From Candidatus Zixiibacteriota bacterium (GTDB taxonomy: Bacteria > Zixibacteria > MSB-5A5 > DG-27), in NCBI GenBank assembly GCA_030605835.1, contig JAUWHO010000023.1, positions 201,834 to 265,833 of the forward strand: DNA of 64,000 nt, read 5' to 3'. The notes below the pieces were generated by a model, which was given only the letters and a program-made list of their open reading frames with translations, had not been told where the DNA came from and searched no databases. A program made the position numbers and the translations under genes. Within the stretch, counting starts at the first letter, position 1; each line of letters starts with the position of its first letter. Of the stretch, positions 10,388 through 20,803 are shown in pieces.

Positions 10388-12010
10388 CTATTTAAGCAGG
10401 ATCATCTTCCTGGTCTGGGTTGACTCCCTGGAGATAAGACGGTAGAGATAGATGCCGGAGGCAAATCCTTCGCCATTCCATTGAACCACGTGTTTACCCG
10501 CCTTTTGTCTCCCCTCCTGCAGAGTGGCAATGAGCGAACCGGCTAAGTCAAATACCTTTAGAGAAACATCTCCATCTCTGTCCAACCAGTATTCAATCCG
10601 AGTTTGAGCATTGAAGGGATTGGGATAATTCTGGGCTAAATAGAGCTCTTCCGGCAAACTTGAAATGTCGAAATCCCCGATCTCCTCTGGTATCTCCGTC
10701 ACCGCCGCCCGCAGCATGAAATCCCCGGAGTTCCACTCGCTCCAGTTCTCCCCAAAGCGGAAAAAAGAGCGCAAATCAGGGTCGCTCTCGTCGGTTCCTA
10801 CCTTTGGGGTTTCGGGGGAGTCAGGCAACCAGTTGAAGACTATGAAGAAATCCTCGAAGCCGATTGTCGGTCTCTCCTCCTCGGGGATCTCGAAATTCAC
10901 CCACTCTGGAGGTGCAACTGCATTAATTCGATAGGGGCCAGCTAAGATATTCGCGGGGAAACCATCAACAGCATCATATACCGCCAGTTCGAATTGCTGC
11001 ACGTCATCAACATAGGCGCAACACCAAGATACCTCCACCGGATAGACCGGGGGAGTCATCCTCACAGCGCAGGAGTTATTATCATAATATGAAGAGTCAA
11101 CCGAGAAAAAGGACTCCGCCTGTCCGTCGTCATATCTTATTCCCCATCCCTCCACCACCTCGAAGATGATAGGGTCGGAAGAACCTCCCTCCGGAAAGTA
11201 GCCGCCATTCCGCTTGGGGGAATTATCGACCGCCCAGATGTAATACCAGACCTCAGTGCCCGCTTCTTGAGAGGGGATATAAGCCCTGTATCGGTCATCC
11301 CCGAGGCTGTCCATTTGGGTCTCCGTCCAGTCTGTTTGATTGACTGAATAATGAACAGAGGCTCGCCTGACTCCGGACTGGTCAGTGATAGTCGCCTCCA
11401 CCAGGTAATCCCCTCCCTTGGTAAAGCCCATGGGGATGTCTGCATGTAGTATCAGCGGGGGGAGCAAATCCTCGGCTTCATAGTAAATTACCCAGGCACG
11501 TATACTGAGATCATTATCACTCAGAACCACCCAATCTTCGTTGGGAAGCTTATACTTGGAGCGGCTTTCGGTGCCGCCGTCATCATCCCCGACCACAAAT
11601 GGTGGCGGCTCGCGAGTATATTCTATCCCGAGGTGGAAATCGCCCGAACCGATATCAATCTTCGACTCGAAATCTATCTCCTGGTATGATAGATTGCCAT
11701 ACAAGAAAACCTCCTTGGAGAGAATTGGATCTCCTGCAGGATAGCCGAACCCATCATCGAGCCAGAGGTGCAACCTGGCTGGGCCGGGTCCCCCTTCTGA
11801 GACCACTTCGCAATAACTGAGAGTACAAGGTCGTGAAGGCGTGAACCTCACTGCCCACTGAATTCCGACCTCGGTGAGCTCGTCCCAGACAAACATGGGG
11901 TCGGTGTCGTATGCGATAACTTCCTCCGCGGGGGTCTTTGTGTTTCCGAGACAGAGAAAGGCGAGTGCGACAAAGATGAACTTAAAGTGGCTTCGCGAAC
12001 TCTTCTTCAT
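10388..12010 (-). CDS. Secreted protein with duplicated beta-domain and T9SS-type-A/FlgD-like C-terminal sorting domain
   Basis: Signal peptide; QNYPNPFN...ASGIYLYRL...TRKMILLK. Confidence 0.8.
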   Translation of the reverse strand: MKKSSRSHFKFIFVALAFLCLGNTKTPAEEVIAYDTDPMFVWDELTEVGIQWAVRFTPSRPCTLSYCEVVSEGGPGPARLHLWLDDGFGYPAGDPILSKEVFLYGNLSYQEIDFESKIDIGSGDFHLGIEYTREPPPFVVGDDDGGTESRSKYKLPNEDWVVLSDNDLSIRAWVIYYEAEDLLPPLILHADIPMGFTKGGDYLVEATITDQSGVRRASVHYSVNQTDWTETQMDSLGDDRYRAYIPSQEAGTEVWYYIWAVDNSPKRNGGYFPEGGSSDPIIFEVVEGWGIRYDDGQAESFFSVDSSYYDNNSCAVRMTPPVYPVEVSWCCAYVDDVQQFELAVYDAVDGFPANILAGPYRINAVAPPEWVNFEIPEEERPTIGFEDFFIVFNWLPDSPETPKVGTDESDPDLRSFFRFGENWSEWNSGDFMLRAAVTEIPEEIGDFDISSLPEELYLAQNYPNPFNAQTRIEYWLDRDGDVSLKVFDLAGSLIATLQEGRQKAGKHVVQWNGEGFASGIYLYRLISRESTQTRKMILLK

Positions 12011-12044
12011 TGGTCTATCCGGAAAGAAAATGGCCTAACCATCT

Positions 12045-12935
12045 CTATTTGATCAAGACCACCTTTGTGGTCTGTTCCAGCTTGTCGCATTCGAGTTTCA
12101 GGAAGTAAAGGCCGCTTCCCACCTGCTCGCCGCCGTCGTCCCTGCTGTCCCAGGATATCTGATTCACCCCACCTGCAGAGTCAACTGAGAACTGACCGTC
12201 GAACAGAGTGCGGACCAATCTCCCGGTGAGGTCATAGATCTTCAGTGAGTGTTTTGAGCTTGACCTCAGATTGGGCAGCCGATATATTATCTTCGTTGTC
12301 GAGTTAAAAGGGTTGGGAAAGCTCTCGATCCGACAGATCTGTCTGGGGGAGAGGTAAGTTTTTGAGTCATCGTCAGATATGCCAGTGGTCCTCTCCGAGG
12401 CGAAATAGATGTGGGGTTTTTCCTCTCTACAGTCGAAAAAGGAGACGCTTGCCCCCACCTCGGGATTGAAAGCCAAAGCGGGTTCGCCGTGTTGGAATAA
12501 TCCCTGACCATCGTCGTTGACCTGTGAAGGGCCAGACCAGGTGTCACCGTTGTTGCGGGAGCTGGTGGAGAAAATCTTGGCAGCATCTGGCCCGGTCAGC
12601 CAGACAACATATAGATTGCCCAAATCATCAGAGGTGATGGAAGGACAACTCGCTTGAGAATAGAGATTATCGTTAAGCTGGAAGGAGAGTGACCAACTCA
12701 TTCCACCGTCGGGCGACTTCGACACATAGACGTTCTCTGCTCCACCGCCGGAGTTATCCGACCAGACGCAGAAGAGCTCCCCCTCCGGAGTGGAGGTCAA
12801 ATCCGAGAAGTAGGGATTAGCTGCACAGCTGCCGTCATCCACTCGGACGTTGGGCTCGAAATCCTGGGCACCTGTAAAAGAGGTGAGGACTAGTGCCCCC
12901 CAAAGCACCAAAAGCAGGATCCCTTTGCTTCGCAT
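12045..12935 (-). CDS. Short secreted protein with BNR/Asp-box repeats and C-terminal sorting domain
   Basis: Signal peptide; SPDGGMSWS, SRNNGDTWS; FPNPFN...GSGLYFLKL...KVVLIK. Confidence 0.75.
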   Translation of the reverse strand: MRSKGILLLVLWGALVLTSFTGAQDFEPNVRVDDGSCAANPYFSDLTSTPEGELFCVWSDNSGGGAENVYVSKSPDGGMSWSLSFQLNDNLYSQASCPSITSDDLGNLYVVWLTGPDAAKIFSTSSRNNGDTWSGPSQVNDDGQGLFQHGEPALAFNPEVGASVSFFDCREEKPHIYFASERTTGISDDDSKTYLSPRQICRIESFPNPFNSTTKIIYRLPNLRSSSKHSLKIYDLTGRLVRTLFDGQFSVDSAGGVNQISWDSRDDGGEQVGSGLYFLKLECDKLEQTTKVVLIK

Positions 12936-13044
12936 CTAGATCAAAAAGCGGTTCACCTTAGGTTAACTAGAGAATATAATATTCGCCGGAAAAAATCAAA
13001 CCTAAAAAGTCTCGTCTGACTTTCTAATTCTAAAGGAGTAAGAG

Positions 13045-13530
13045 ATGGTCAAAAGCCTCGTTTCCACTCTCGTTTTCCTGCTCGTGATCGCCTTATTTGT
13101 GACCTGCGGGGAGAGAGAAATCTCAGAGAGAGAAAAAATCGACACCGGCATGGAGCTGCTTGGCAAACTCGACGCCAAGATGCTCACCGAGGAGACCGGA
13201 TATGCCCTCGGAAGCCCGGTGGAGCTGAAGATGGAGATCAAGAATATCTCCGAGGAGGTCGTCAACCTGAAATTCCCGACAAATCAGAGATACGACTTCT
13301 TCATCTTCAAGAAGGGGGATCTGGTGTGGAGGTGGTCTTACGATAAGCCCTTTGAGGAGGTACACGGAAGTGTAGATCTCCGTTCCGGCGAAAGCTTGGC
13401 ATTCACCGAAACGTGGGACACCGCCAAATTAGAGGAGAAACATCCTGGTGGAGAGTATCAGGTCGTGGGGGTATTAACCACCGCGTTCCCGATAGCCACG
13501 AATTTCATTGCGATAGGTCTGGCTGACTGA
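13045..13530 (+). CDS. Lipoprotein with BsuPI-like (proteinase inhibitor) domain
   Basis: Lipobox LFVTC; LKFPTNQRYDF...VWRWS...FTETW pattern. Confidence 0.65.
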   Translation: MVKSLVSTLVFLLVIALFVTCGEREISEREKIDTGMELLGKLDAKMLTEETGYALGSPVELKMEIKNISEEVVNLKFPTNQRYDFFIFKKGDLVWRWSYDKPFEEVHGSVDLRSGESLAFTETWDTAKLEEKHPGGEYQVVGVLTTAFPIATNFIAIGLAD

Positions 13531-13585
13531 CAAGTGCGCGCTTCCGATAATTCTCATGGGAGGTAGAAACTCAAGTTCAAAGAAA

Positions 13586-13614
13586 TTGACATCAAATCGA
13601 CGGCAGACTATTAT
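13586..13614 (+). promoter_or_regulatory. Sigma70-type promoter
   Basis: TTGACA-17 nt-TATTAT. Confidence 0.6.
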
Positions 13615-13702
13615 TCTCTTGAAGGATAGTCACATCGTGAACGCCTGCTTTTTCTGCTGAAAATCGTTATCTGAAGCCGCCGTTTATGGTGTATAGTAAA
13701 AT

Positions 13703-14014
13703 ATGCTTAAAATAGACTGGATAAAAAACCGAGTTAGAAAAGGTGAATATTATTTCTCAAAGCATGCAGACCTCGAAAGACAGAATGATAATTTAACTAT
13801 AAAAGAGATTGAAGAAGCCTTACTTACAGGCAGAATCATAGAACAGTATGAGGATACAGGCAGGGGAGAAAGTTGCTTAGTTGCAGGTTTTACAGAAATG
13901 GGTAAGCCGATTCACGTTGTATGTGGAGCAAGGGGAGACTGGTTAGTGGTCATAACCGTTTACATTCCCCGCCCACCAAAGTTTAAAGCACCTTACGAGA
14001 GAGGTGAAAGATGA
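13703..14014 (+). CDS. DUF4258-family protein (putative RelE-like toxin)
   Basis: FSKHA, IIEQYED...SCLVAG...PIHVVCG...VITVYIP. Confidence 0.75.
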   Translation: MLKIDWIKNRVRKGEYYFSKHADLERQNDNLTIKEIEEALLTGRIIEQYEDTGRGESCLVAGFTEMGKPIHVVCGARGDWLVVITVYIPRPPKFKAPYERGER

Positions 14015-14262
14015 ACAAAACATGCAACTTTTGTGGAAACAAAAACTTCCGAGAAAAGCATGTTCAATATATTTACAGGCACGACACTCAACTTCTTATT
14101 GTGAATAACGTGCCGTGTGAGGAGTGCGAATATTGCGGGGAGCAATATTTCAAGGCAGAGGTGTTGAAAAAGATTGAGAAGAGTTTCGGAGAGATTATTC
14201 TTTCCGGAAAGGCGGCTAAGAAGGAAATCAAAGTCCCCGTGGAAGAATTCACGGAGATTTGA
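14011..14262 (+). CDS. YgiT/MqsA-type zinc-finger protein (putative antitoxin)
   Basis: CNFCG...NVPCEECEYCGEQYF; ATGA overlap with the upstream gene. Confidence 0.8.
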   Translation: MNKTCNFCGNKNFREKHVQYIYRHDTQLLIVNNVPCEECEYCGEQYFKAEVLKKIEKSFGEIILSGKAAKKEIKVPVEEFTEI

Positions 14263-14368
14263 AAACCCGACCTCAGATAATACCTCCGAAACGACAGAGC
14301 TTAACTTACTTCCCAAAAAATACAGTTCCGTCAGCACCGAACCATGGCGTGTCCTGTCGGTCAGTCCA

Positions 14369-15475
14369 ATGACCTCTACAGAGAAGATTAGAAGAATCGA
14401 TGGCAGTTACGGTGAAGGCGGTGGACAGATCCTGAGGAGCTCTTTGGCTCTTGCCTCTTTGCTGAAACAGCCGATCGAGATATTCAATATCAGGAAGGGG
14501 CGGTCCAAACCGGGTCTGGCACCCCAACACCTGACCGCGGTTTCGGCCTCCCGGAGGATCACTTCCGCGGAGCTGGAGGGTGCTCAGTTAGAATCACAGT
14601 CCCTGAAGTTCGCTCCCAATGACGTTGCTGCTGGAGATTACTATTTCGATGTCGCCGAGCTTCGGCGGAGCGCTGGCAGCACTTCTCTAGTCTTTCAAAC
14701 TTTACTTCTACCATTGAGTTTCACTTCCAAAGCCTCCACTTTAATCTTGAAGGGAGGCACCCATGTCCCTTTTAGTCCCCCCTTCGACTATCTGCAGGAG
14801 GCGTTTCTCCCGACGCTGAGAAAACTGGGAATCCACTGTGACGCCGAAATCCGCAAGTGGGGATATTATCCAGTCGGTGGAGGGGAGGTCTTCTTCGAAA
14901 TAGAACCCGCCTCCGGAATCAGGCCGATTGAGATAGAAGAGCCGGGGAGGTTAAAGGAGATATCGGTCCTCTCCGCAGTCAGCAACCTTCCAGACCACAT
15001 CGCCCAGAGGCAAGCCAAGAGCGCTTCCGACTTCTTGAAGAAGATGGGATTGAACCCGACGCTGAAAATCAAAAAAACCCTCTCCGCGCGACAGGGAACC
15101 TCCGTTTTCGTTCTGGCGGAGTTCGAAAACGTCTTTGCCGGCTTCTCCTCTTTAGGGCAAAGGGGGAAGCCTGCGGAGAAGGTGGCTTTGGAGGCTTGTG
15201 AGCTATTCAAAGAATACTGGGATTCTCGGTGCGCTTTTGAGCCTCATCTGGCAGACCAGATAATCTTATATCTAGCGCTGGGGAAGGAAGCATCACGATT
15301 CACTGTCAGCAAGATTACTCAACATCTATTGACAAACGCCTGGGTGGTGAGGCAGTTCCTTCCGGTGGAGATCGAGGTCAAAGGGCGGGTAGGGGAAAAA
15401 GGGGAGGTCAGAATAAGAGGCTGTAACATCACAAGGAGATTGCAGGAATCGAACTCTCAAAACAGAGGCGGTTGA
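14369..15475 (+). CDS. rtcA: RNA 3'-terminal phosphate cyclase
   Basis: IDGSYGEGGGQILR, PGLAPQH, GYYPVGGG, HLADQ; start moved to ATG 14369. Confidence 0.93.
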   Translation: MTSTEKIRRIDGSYGEGGGQILRSSLALASLLKQPIEIFNIRKGRSKPGLAPQHLTAVSASRRITSAELEGAQLESQSLKFAPNDVAAGDYYFDVAELRRSAGSTSLVFQTLLLPLSFTSKASTLILKGGTHVPFSPPFDYLQEAFLPTLRKLGIHCDAEIRKWGYYPVGGGEVFFEIEPASGIRPIEIEEPGRLKEISVLSAVSNLPDHIAQRQAKSASDFLKKMGLNPTLKIKKTLSARQGTSVFVLAEFENVFAGFSSLGQRGKPAEKVALEACELFKEYWDSRCAFEPHLADQIILYLALGKEASRFTVSKITQHLLTNAWVVRQFLPVEIEVKGRVGEKGEVRIRGCNITRRLQESNSQNRGG

Positions 15476-15552
15476 TCCCCATATACGATTTCTCGCATTT
15501 TTGCCGAATTAGTCTTTTTGATTCTGAGTCATCTGCGACGGTATTTAGTAGC

Positions 15553-15586
15553 AAAGAAAAGAGAGGCAGGATAGTCTCGCCTCTCT
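15553..15586 (-). terminator. Intrinsic terminator of gdh
   Basis: AGAGAGGC...GCCTCTCT stem followed by TTTCTTTG on the minus strand. Confidence 0.6.
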
Positions 15587-15662
15587 CTTGTCAGTGCAAC
15601 TGGTGAGGGGTTTCCAGGCTGATTTTGTCACCCTGTGGTGGTCTCAAGCCACGTCTTTCTTA

Positions 15663-16916
15663 TTAGACCCAACCACGTAACTTCATCACCTCAGCCACTC
15701 TTTCGATGGCAACCATATAGGCCGCCATGCGCATGTGGACGTTGTGTTTTTTCTGCATGCTGTAAACATCGTGGAAGGCTCTGGTCATCTTCTTGTCCAA
15801 TCTCTGGTGCACATCCTCCACCTCCCAGTAGTAATTGTAGGCGTTCTGGACGCATTCGAAGTAGCTGACCGTCACGCCACCGGCGTTGCACAAAAAATCA
15901 GGGATGTCGAAGACCCCGTTTCTAAACAGGATGTCGTCCGCCTCCGGAGTGGTGGGGCCATTTGCCAGCTCGGCCACGATCTTAGCCTTGATGTTATTGG
16001 CGTTATCCTTGGTGATGACGTTCTCTAAAGCGGAGGGGTAAAGCACATCGACGTCTAGCTCTAGAATCTCCTCGTTGGAGATCTCCTCGGCGCCATCGAA
16101 GCCGGCGACCTTGCCGGTCTTGAGCTTGAAGTCCACCAGCTTCTGAGCATCCATGCCCTTTTCGTTGTAAATGCCGCCTCTGGAGTCGGAGATCGCGACC
16201 ACCTTCGAACCCAAAATCTCCTGAGCCAAGGTGGCGGCAAATTGCCCCGCATTTCCGAACCCCTGAATGGCGCAAGTGGATCCCTGGGTGTTTAGGCCCA
16301 AAACCTTGGCGGCCTCCCGCACCGTGAAGATACCGCCTCTGGCGGTGGCATCGCCTCTTCCCGCAGAACCTCCCAGCGGCAGGGGCTTGCCAGTGATGAC
16401 CCCGGGCTCATGATAGCCGGTGATCTTCTCATATTCGTCCATCATCCAGGCCATATCCTGGGGATTGGTGTAGACGTCCGGAGCTGGCACATCCTTGGTG
16501 AGGCCTAAGATTCTGCCGACTTGGTCGATATAGCCGCGGCAGACCCTCTCCTTCTCAGTGGTGCTGAGCTCCTTGGGGTTGCAAACCACTCCCCCCTTTC
16601 CACCACCCAAAGGCAGGTCTAAAAGCGCCGTCTTCCAGGTCATCCAGGCCGCCAGAGCCCTGACGGTGTCGATAGTCTCGGATGGATGAAAGCGTAACCC
16701 TCCTTTGCAGGGTCCTCTGGCATCATTATACTGGACTCTGAAACCGTGAAAGACCTTGGTGGTGCCATCGTCCATCCGCACCGGGAAATGGGTGTGGAGT
16801 TCCCGCATCGGCCACCTTAAAACCTCGTGGAGGCCGGGCTCCAGTCTCAGTTTCTCGGCGGCCATATCCAGTTGCTGTTGGGCAATCTTGAAGGGGTTTA
16901 AGGTTTGATCGGACAT
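15663..16916 (-). CDS. gdhA: Glu/Leu/Phe/Val-family glutamate dehydrogenase
   Basis: [41 protein letters not shown]. Confidence 0.92.
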   Translation of the reverse strand: MSDQTLNPFKIAQQQLDMAAEKLRLEPGLHEVLRWPMRELHTHFPVRMDDGTTKVFHGFRVQYNDARGPCKGGLRFHPSETIDTVRALAAWMTWKTALLDLPLGGGKGGVVCNPKELSTTEKERVCRGYIDQVGRILGLTKDVPAPDVYTNPQDMAWMMDEYEKITGYHEPGVITGKPLPLGGSAGRGDATARGGIFTVREAAKVLGLNTQGSTCAIQGFGNAGQFAATLAQEILGSKVVAISDSRGGIYNEKGMDAQKLVDFKLKTGKVAGFDGAEEISNEEILELDVDVLYPSALENVITKDNANNIKAKIVAELANGPTTPEADDILFRNGVFDIPDFLCNAGGVTVSYFECVQNAYNYYWEVEDVHQRLDKKMTRAFHDVYSMQKKHNVHMRMAAYMVAIERVAEVMKLRGWV

Positions 16917-16995
16917 AAAAAAACCTCCTGAAAGGTTATCTTTGGGTGTTACTTCTTCTGCTCTTACCTTAAAGTGTACAAAGAGTTTAGCCGTA

Positions 16996-17048
16996 AAAAT
17001 AATTGTTTAGCCCCTTTTGTCAAGCAGTTTCTGAGAAATGCTTCACAA
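16996..17048 (-). promoter_or_regulatory. gdh promoter with adjacent Rex-like box
   Basis: TTGACA (17023-17018)-16 nt-TATTTT; CTGAGAA-ATGC-TTCACAA at 17031-17048 versus consensus TTGTGAA-N4-TTCACAA. Confidence 0.55.
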
Positions 17049-17205
17049 ACCGCCGGTATTTCTCAGTAGCTGCGGCGATATGGGATTTCCTGTAAAGGAG
17101 AAGATGTTTGAGGTGTTATCCTTCAGATTGGGATTGGATTAGCTCCAATAGAACCGGGGAGTTAGGAGGTTTCTTTCTCAGTGAAATTCGGGGCGCTCCC
17201 CCATT

Positions 17206-17559
17206 TCAACAGCTCAGAAGCTCCCTGATTTTCCCTTTCAGCTTCTCTAAGTCAACGGACTTGATGATATAGGCGTCGGCAATCCAGCTGCTGAAATTGT
17301 GCTTGTAGGTGGTGTAGGCGCTGCTTAAGATAACCGGCAGGTGTTCATCGTAGCTCTTTATCTGCTCCAGGACTTGAAGCCCACCAAGATCCGGTGACTT
17401 CAGATCCAGCACAACAAGCTGGGGGGAGAGCTCCTTGACCCTGTCGATAGTCCGATCCCCGCCGGAGGTTGTCTCCACCAAGTAGCCCTCCTGTTCCAAC
17501 TCGTTCAGGTAAAGCTGTTGCAAGTTCATTTCGTCTTCGACAATCAATATCCGCTTCAC
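17206..17559 (-). CDS. Single-domain response regulator
   Basis: ILIVEDE, VVLD, SSAY, IIKS. Confidence 0.88.
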   Translation of the reverse strand: MKRILIVEDEMNLQQLYLNELEQEGYLVETTSGGDRTIDRVKELSPQLVVLDLKSPDLGGLQVLEQIKSYDEHLPVILSSAYTTYKHNFSSWIADAYIIKSVDLEKLKGKIRELLSC

Positions 17560-17683
17560 AATTGCTCCTCCTTGTTGAATCCTCCAGCCCTCTTAGGAGG
17601 CGGCAACCCTCCGAGAGATCAATACCGCCATCCCTGACGGGGAGAGAGCACCCAAATATCCTCTATGCTCCTCTTTCTGTCTG

Positions 17684-19291
17684 TTATTCTCGCATTGGTA
17701 GAAAGATGGTAAAGCGACTTCCCTTTCCGACTTCGGTAGTAATATCGATAAAACCTCCGTGGGCGTCAATGATTTTTTTAGAAACCGGCAGCCCCAAACC
17801 GGAGCCTTTCGACTTGGTGGTGAAAAAGGGGGTGAAGAGCTTAGGAAGTTCATTCTCCGGAATTCCATAACCGCTGTCACTGATTTCCAAAGATAGGTAG
17901 TTGTTCCTCAGCCCGGTGGCGACGGTCAGATCACCACCAGTGGGCATGGAGTCGATGGCGTTTTCGACCAGATTGAATATCACCTGTCTCAAGCGGTGAC
18001 GGTCCAGCTTGCCTTTAAGCTCCTGAGGGTAGTAGTCAAGCCTCGAGGTGATATTGTGGTCTTTGAGCTTGGGCGCTAAAACCTCCATGCTTTTTGAGAC
18101 CAGGAGGTTCAAATCGCAGCTCTCGAGCGCCAGAGGCGATTCCTTGGAGTATTCCAGAAGCTCCCTGGTGATGCGGTCGAGACGGTCGACCTCCTCGACA
18201 ATTACCTCCAGGTCCTCCTTCTCAAATCTGTCGGTGCCGAAATTGCGAAGAAGCCTCTGAGCGTAACCTCCGATGGTCACCAGGGGGGTTCTCACCTCGT
18301 GAGCCACGGTGGTGGCTAGCTTCCCGATGTCCGCCAATCGCTCGTGGCGTATGAGGTAATCCTGGTTCTCCTTGAGCAGTTGATGCACCTGTTCCAATTC
18401 TCGAAGTCGGGTCTCCAGCCTCCTTCTCAAGGTGATGTTCTCTAAGACCGGGGCGGCGGTGTTAGAAAAAGTCTCCAGCGCTACCACATCTTCGGCGGTG
18501 ATACGTTTTCCGGTGATGCTGTTGTCGGCAATTAGAACCCCGATTCCACGCTCCTCGTTGACGATCGGGACGACCAGAGAGGGAGCACCGGCGGAGTAGT
18601 TGTCTAAAGGGGAGAAATCGGAGAATGTCTCCCGGGTAGTCTCTAAGTTGAACGACTTTCTCTCCCTCAGGGAGCGGATCAGAATGTTGTCCTGTTGGTC
18701 GAGGGGGATATTGACCTCTCTTATCAGGGCGCTCAAACCCTCTTTTTCTTCATCGAGGTGAGAGAGAATTCCCTCCACAATTTGACCCAAGGATGGTTCC
18801 TGATCCTCCAGGGCCTTCCAGATGACTCTGGCCTCTTCGGGGTCTTTAGGTCCCACCGCCAGTCTCCCCGACAGCAAGTCCCTCTTGGAATCAGCCAGGA
18901 AAACCGCGGCCCGGTTGAACCCGAAAGCACCACCGACGGTAACCCCCGCCAGGATTATCGCCAACGCCTCCTGCAGATCATTGGTCTTGATCAGATTCTC
19001 AGTAACCTCTTTTAAGAGGCTCAACTCCTCGATCTTCTCCTGCAGTTGTTCGTTGAACTGGCCTAGGCACGGCAAGATCGAGTTAAACATCGTCTGGAAG
19101 TTCTTGTCCACCTGCCGCCGCCCCCGGGAACGTTCCTCGGCGTCCAGGAAGGTTGGACAGTTGCGGCACTCTACGATCTTCTCAAGCGGCAGCCTCTCTT
19201 CTCCCGAAAGCGAAAGATAGACCGGATTTAACCAGCAAACCCCGGAGGGATTAGCCCGATTAGAACATTTAAAGGGGATTTCCTTTACCAT
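17684..19291 (-). CDS. GAF-domain sensor histidine kinase with Cys-rich N-terminus
   Basis: AHEVRTPL H-box, NLVENA, DSGYG, PFFTTK, GSGLGL. Confidence 0.9.
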   Translation of the reverse strand: MVKEIPFKCSNRANPSGVCWLNPVYLSLSGEERLPLEKIVECRNCPTFLDAEERSRGRRQVDKNFQTMFNSILPCLGQFNEQLQEKIEELSLLKEVTENLIKTNDLQEALAIILAGVTVGGAFGFNRAAVFLADSKRDLLSGRLAVGPKDPEEARVIWKALEDQEPSLGQIVEGILSHLDEEKEGLSALIREVNIPLDQQDNILIRSLRERKSFNLETTRETFSDFSPLDNYSAGAPSLVVPIVNEERGIGVLIADNSITGKRITAEDVVALETFSNTAAPVLENITLRRRLETRLRELEQVHQLLKENQDYLIRHERLADIGKLATTVAHEVRTPLVTIGGYAQRLLRNFGTDRFEKEDLEVIVEEVDRLDRITRELLEYSKESPLALESCDLNLLVSKSMEVLAPKLKDHNITSRLDYYPQELKGKLDRHRLRQVIFNLVENAIDSMPTGGDLTVATGLRNNYLSLEISDSGYGIPENELPKLFTPFFTTKSKGSGLGLPVSKKIIDAHGGFIDITTEVGKGSRFTIFLPMRE

Positions 19292-19336
19292 CGGTACAGG
19301 GAAATTACGTTAGCCGAGATTCAAAATCAACTGCAC

Positions 19337-19451
19337 TGGTGAGTGGTTAGTGATGAATGGTGAATGTTTAGTAACATCTCTACCTCTTTTTCCTTTCCTA
19401 TCTCCTACGTCCTATCTCCTATGTCCTATTTCCTACCTCCTATCCCCTATT
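19337..19451. repeat. Two adjacent heptamer tandem arrays (TGGTGAR-like x5; TCCTAnn x8)
   Basis: tggtgag tggttag tgatgaa tggtgaa tgtttag; tcctatc tcctacg tcctatc tcctatg tcctatt tcctacc tcctatc ccctatt. Confidence 0.8.
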
Positions 19452-19501
19452 TTCAATAATCGTCAATACCGAAAAAGTCTGAAGGGGAGGGACTTAAGCC
19501 A

Positions 19502-19541
19502 ACAACAAAGAAGCCCCCGCGGAGTTGACCGCGGAGGCTTC
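19502..19541 (-). terminator. Intrinsic terminator of tdh-kbl
   Basis: GAAGCCTCCGCGG-loop-CCGCGGGGGCTTC followed by TTTGTT. Confidence 0.7.
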
Positions 19542-19566
19542 GCTTCTTCCACTTCTCAGTGTACAG

Positions 19567-20757
19567 CTACTTCAACACTCCGTATTTCTTCCCTATTTCG
19601 GCGAAGGCCTCGATGGCCCTATCCAGGTGCTCTTTGTTATGGGCAGCAGATATCTGAACTCGAATCCTGGCCTCTCCCTTGGGAACGACCGGGTAAGAGA
19701 AACCGATCACGTAAATCCCCTTCTCCAGCATATCCCGGGCGAAGTCGTGAGCTAATTTGGCATCCCCCAACATTATCGGGACGATGGGATGGTCGCCGCG
19801 GAGGATGTCAAAGCCGTTGGCGGTCATCTTCTCCCGGAAATACTTGGTGTTCCCCTCCAGCTTATCCCTCAAGGCGGTGGTCTCCTTCAGCATCCCGAAG
19901 GCCCGGATGGCGGTGTAGACGATGGATGGAGCCAGGGTGTTGCTGAAGAGGTAGGGACGGCTCCTCTGTCTCAAGATGTCAATTATCTCCTGTCTCCCGG
20001 AGGTGAAGCCGCCGGAGGCTCCCCCCATCGCTTTTCCCATAGTGCTGGTGATAATATCGACCCGCTCCTGGACCCCACGATATTCCGGGCTTCCCCGTCC
20101 GGTTTTGCCCACAAAGCCGGTGGCGTGGGAATCGTCCACCATCACCAGAGAGTCATATTTGTCCGCCAGGTCGCAGATCTGGTCCACTTTGGCGACGTCA
20201 CCGTCCATGGAGAAGACCCCGTCGGTGGCGACCAATCGTAGTTTGGTGTTTTGACTCTCCTTTAGCTTCTCTTCCAGGTCCCCCATATCGTTGTGCTTGA
20301 AGCGGATCCTCTGGGCCTTACAGAGCCGAATCCCGTCGATGATGGAGGCGTGATTCAGGGTGTCGGATATGACTGCGCATTCGGCATCCAGGATGGTTTC
20401 GAAGAGCCCAGCGTTGGCGTCGAAGCAGGAGGAATATAGAATGGTGTCATCGGTTCCCAAGAAGCTGGAAATCTGTTTCTCCAGCTCCTTGTGGATGTCC
20501 TGGGTGCCACAGATGAAGCGGACTGAGCTCATCCCGTAGCCGTGTTTGTCCAGCCCCTCCTTGGCAAACTCGATCAACTTGGGATGGTTTGCCAGGCCCA
20601 GATAGTTGTTGGCGCAGAAGTTCATCACCTCTTCACCGGTCTCTACCTTGATGGCGGCATCCTGCTGGGAGACGATAATCCGTTCGTCTTTGAAAAGTCC
20701 GGCGTTTCTGATCTCCTCTAACTCTTTTCTTAAGCTCTCTTTTATCGCACCGTACAT
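19567..20757 (-). CDS. kbl: 2-amino-3-ketobutyrate CoA ligase (glycine C-acetyltransferase)
   Basis: [45 protein letters not shown]. Confidence 0.95.
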   Translation of the reverse strand: MYGAIKESLRKELEEIRNAGLFKDERIIVSQQDAAIKVETGEEVMNFCANNYLGLANHPKLIEFAKEGLDKHGYGMSSVRFICGTQDIHKELEKQISSFLGTDDTILYSSCFDANAGLFETILDAECAVISDTLNHASIIDGIRLCKAQRIRFKHNDMGDLEEKLKESQNTKLRLVATDGVFSMDGDVAKVDQICDLADKYDSLVMVDDSHATGFVGKTGRGSPEYRGVQERVDIITSTMGKAMGGASGGFTSGRQEIIDILRQRSRPYLFSNTLAPSIVYTAIRAFGMLKETTALRDKLEGNTKYFREKMTANGFDILRGDHPIVPIMLGDAKLAHDFARDMLEKGIYVIGFSYPVVPKGEARIRVQISAAHNKEHLDRAIEAFAEIGKKYGVLK

Positions 20758-20803
20758 GATTTCCTCTTCAAATTAATTGAGTTCTTCTTTATCTGGAATG
20801 GAC

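Noticed and set aside
14174..14368. N-terminal extension of RtcA in the ORF track
   Set aside because: Overlaps the zinc-finger gene; homology begins near ATG 14369
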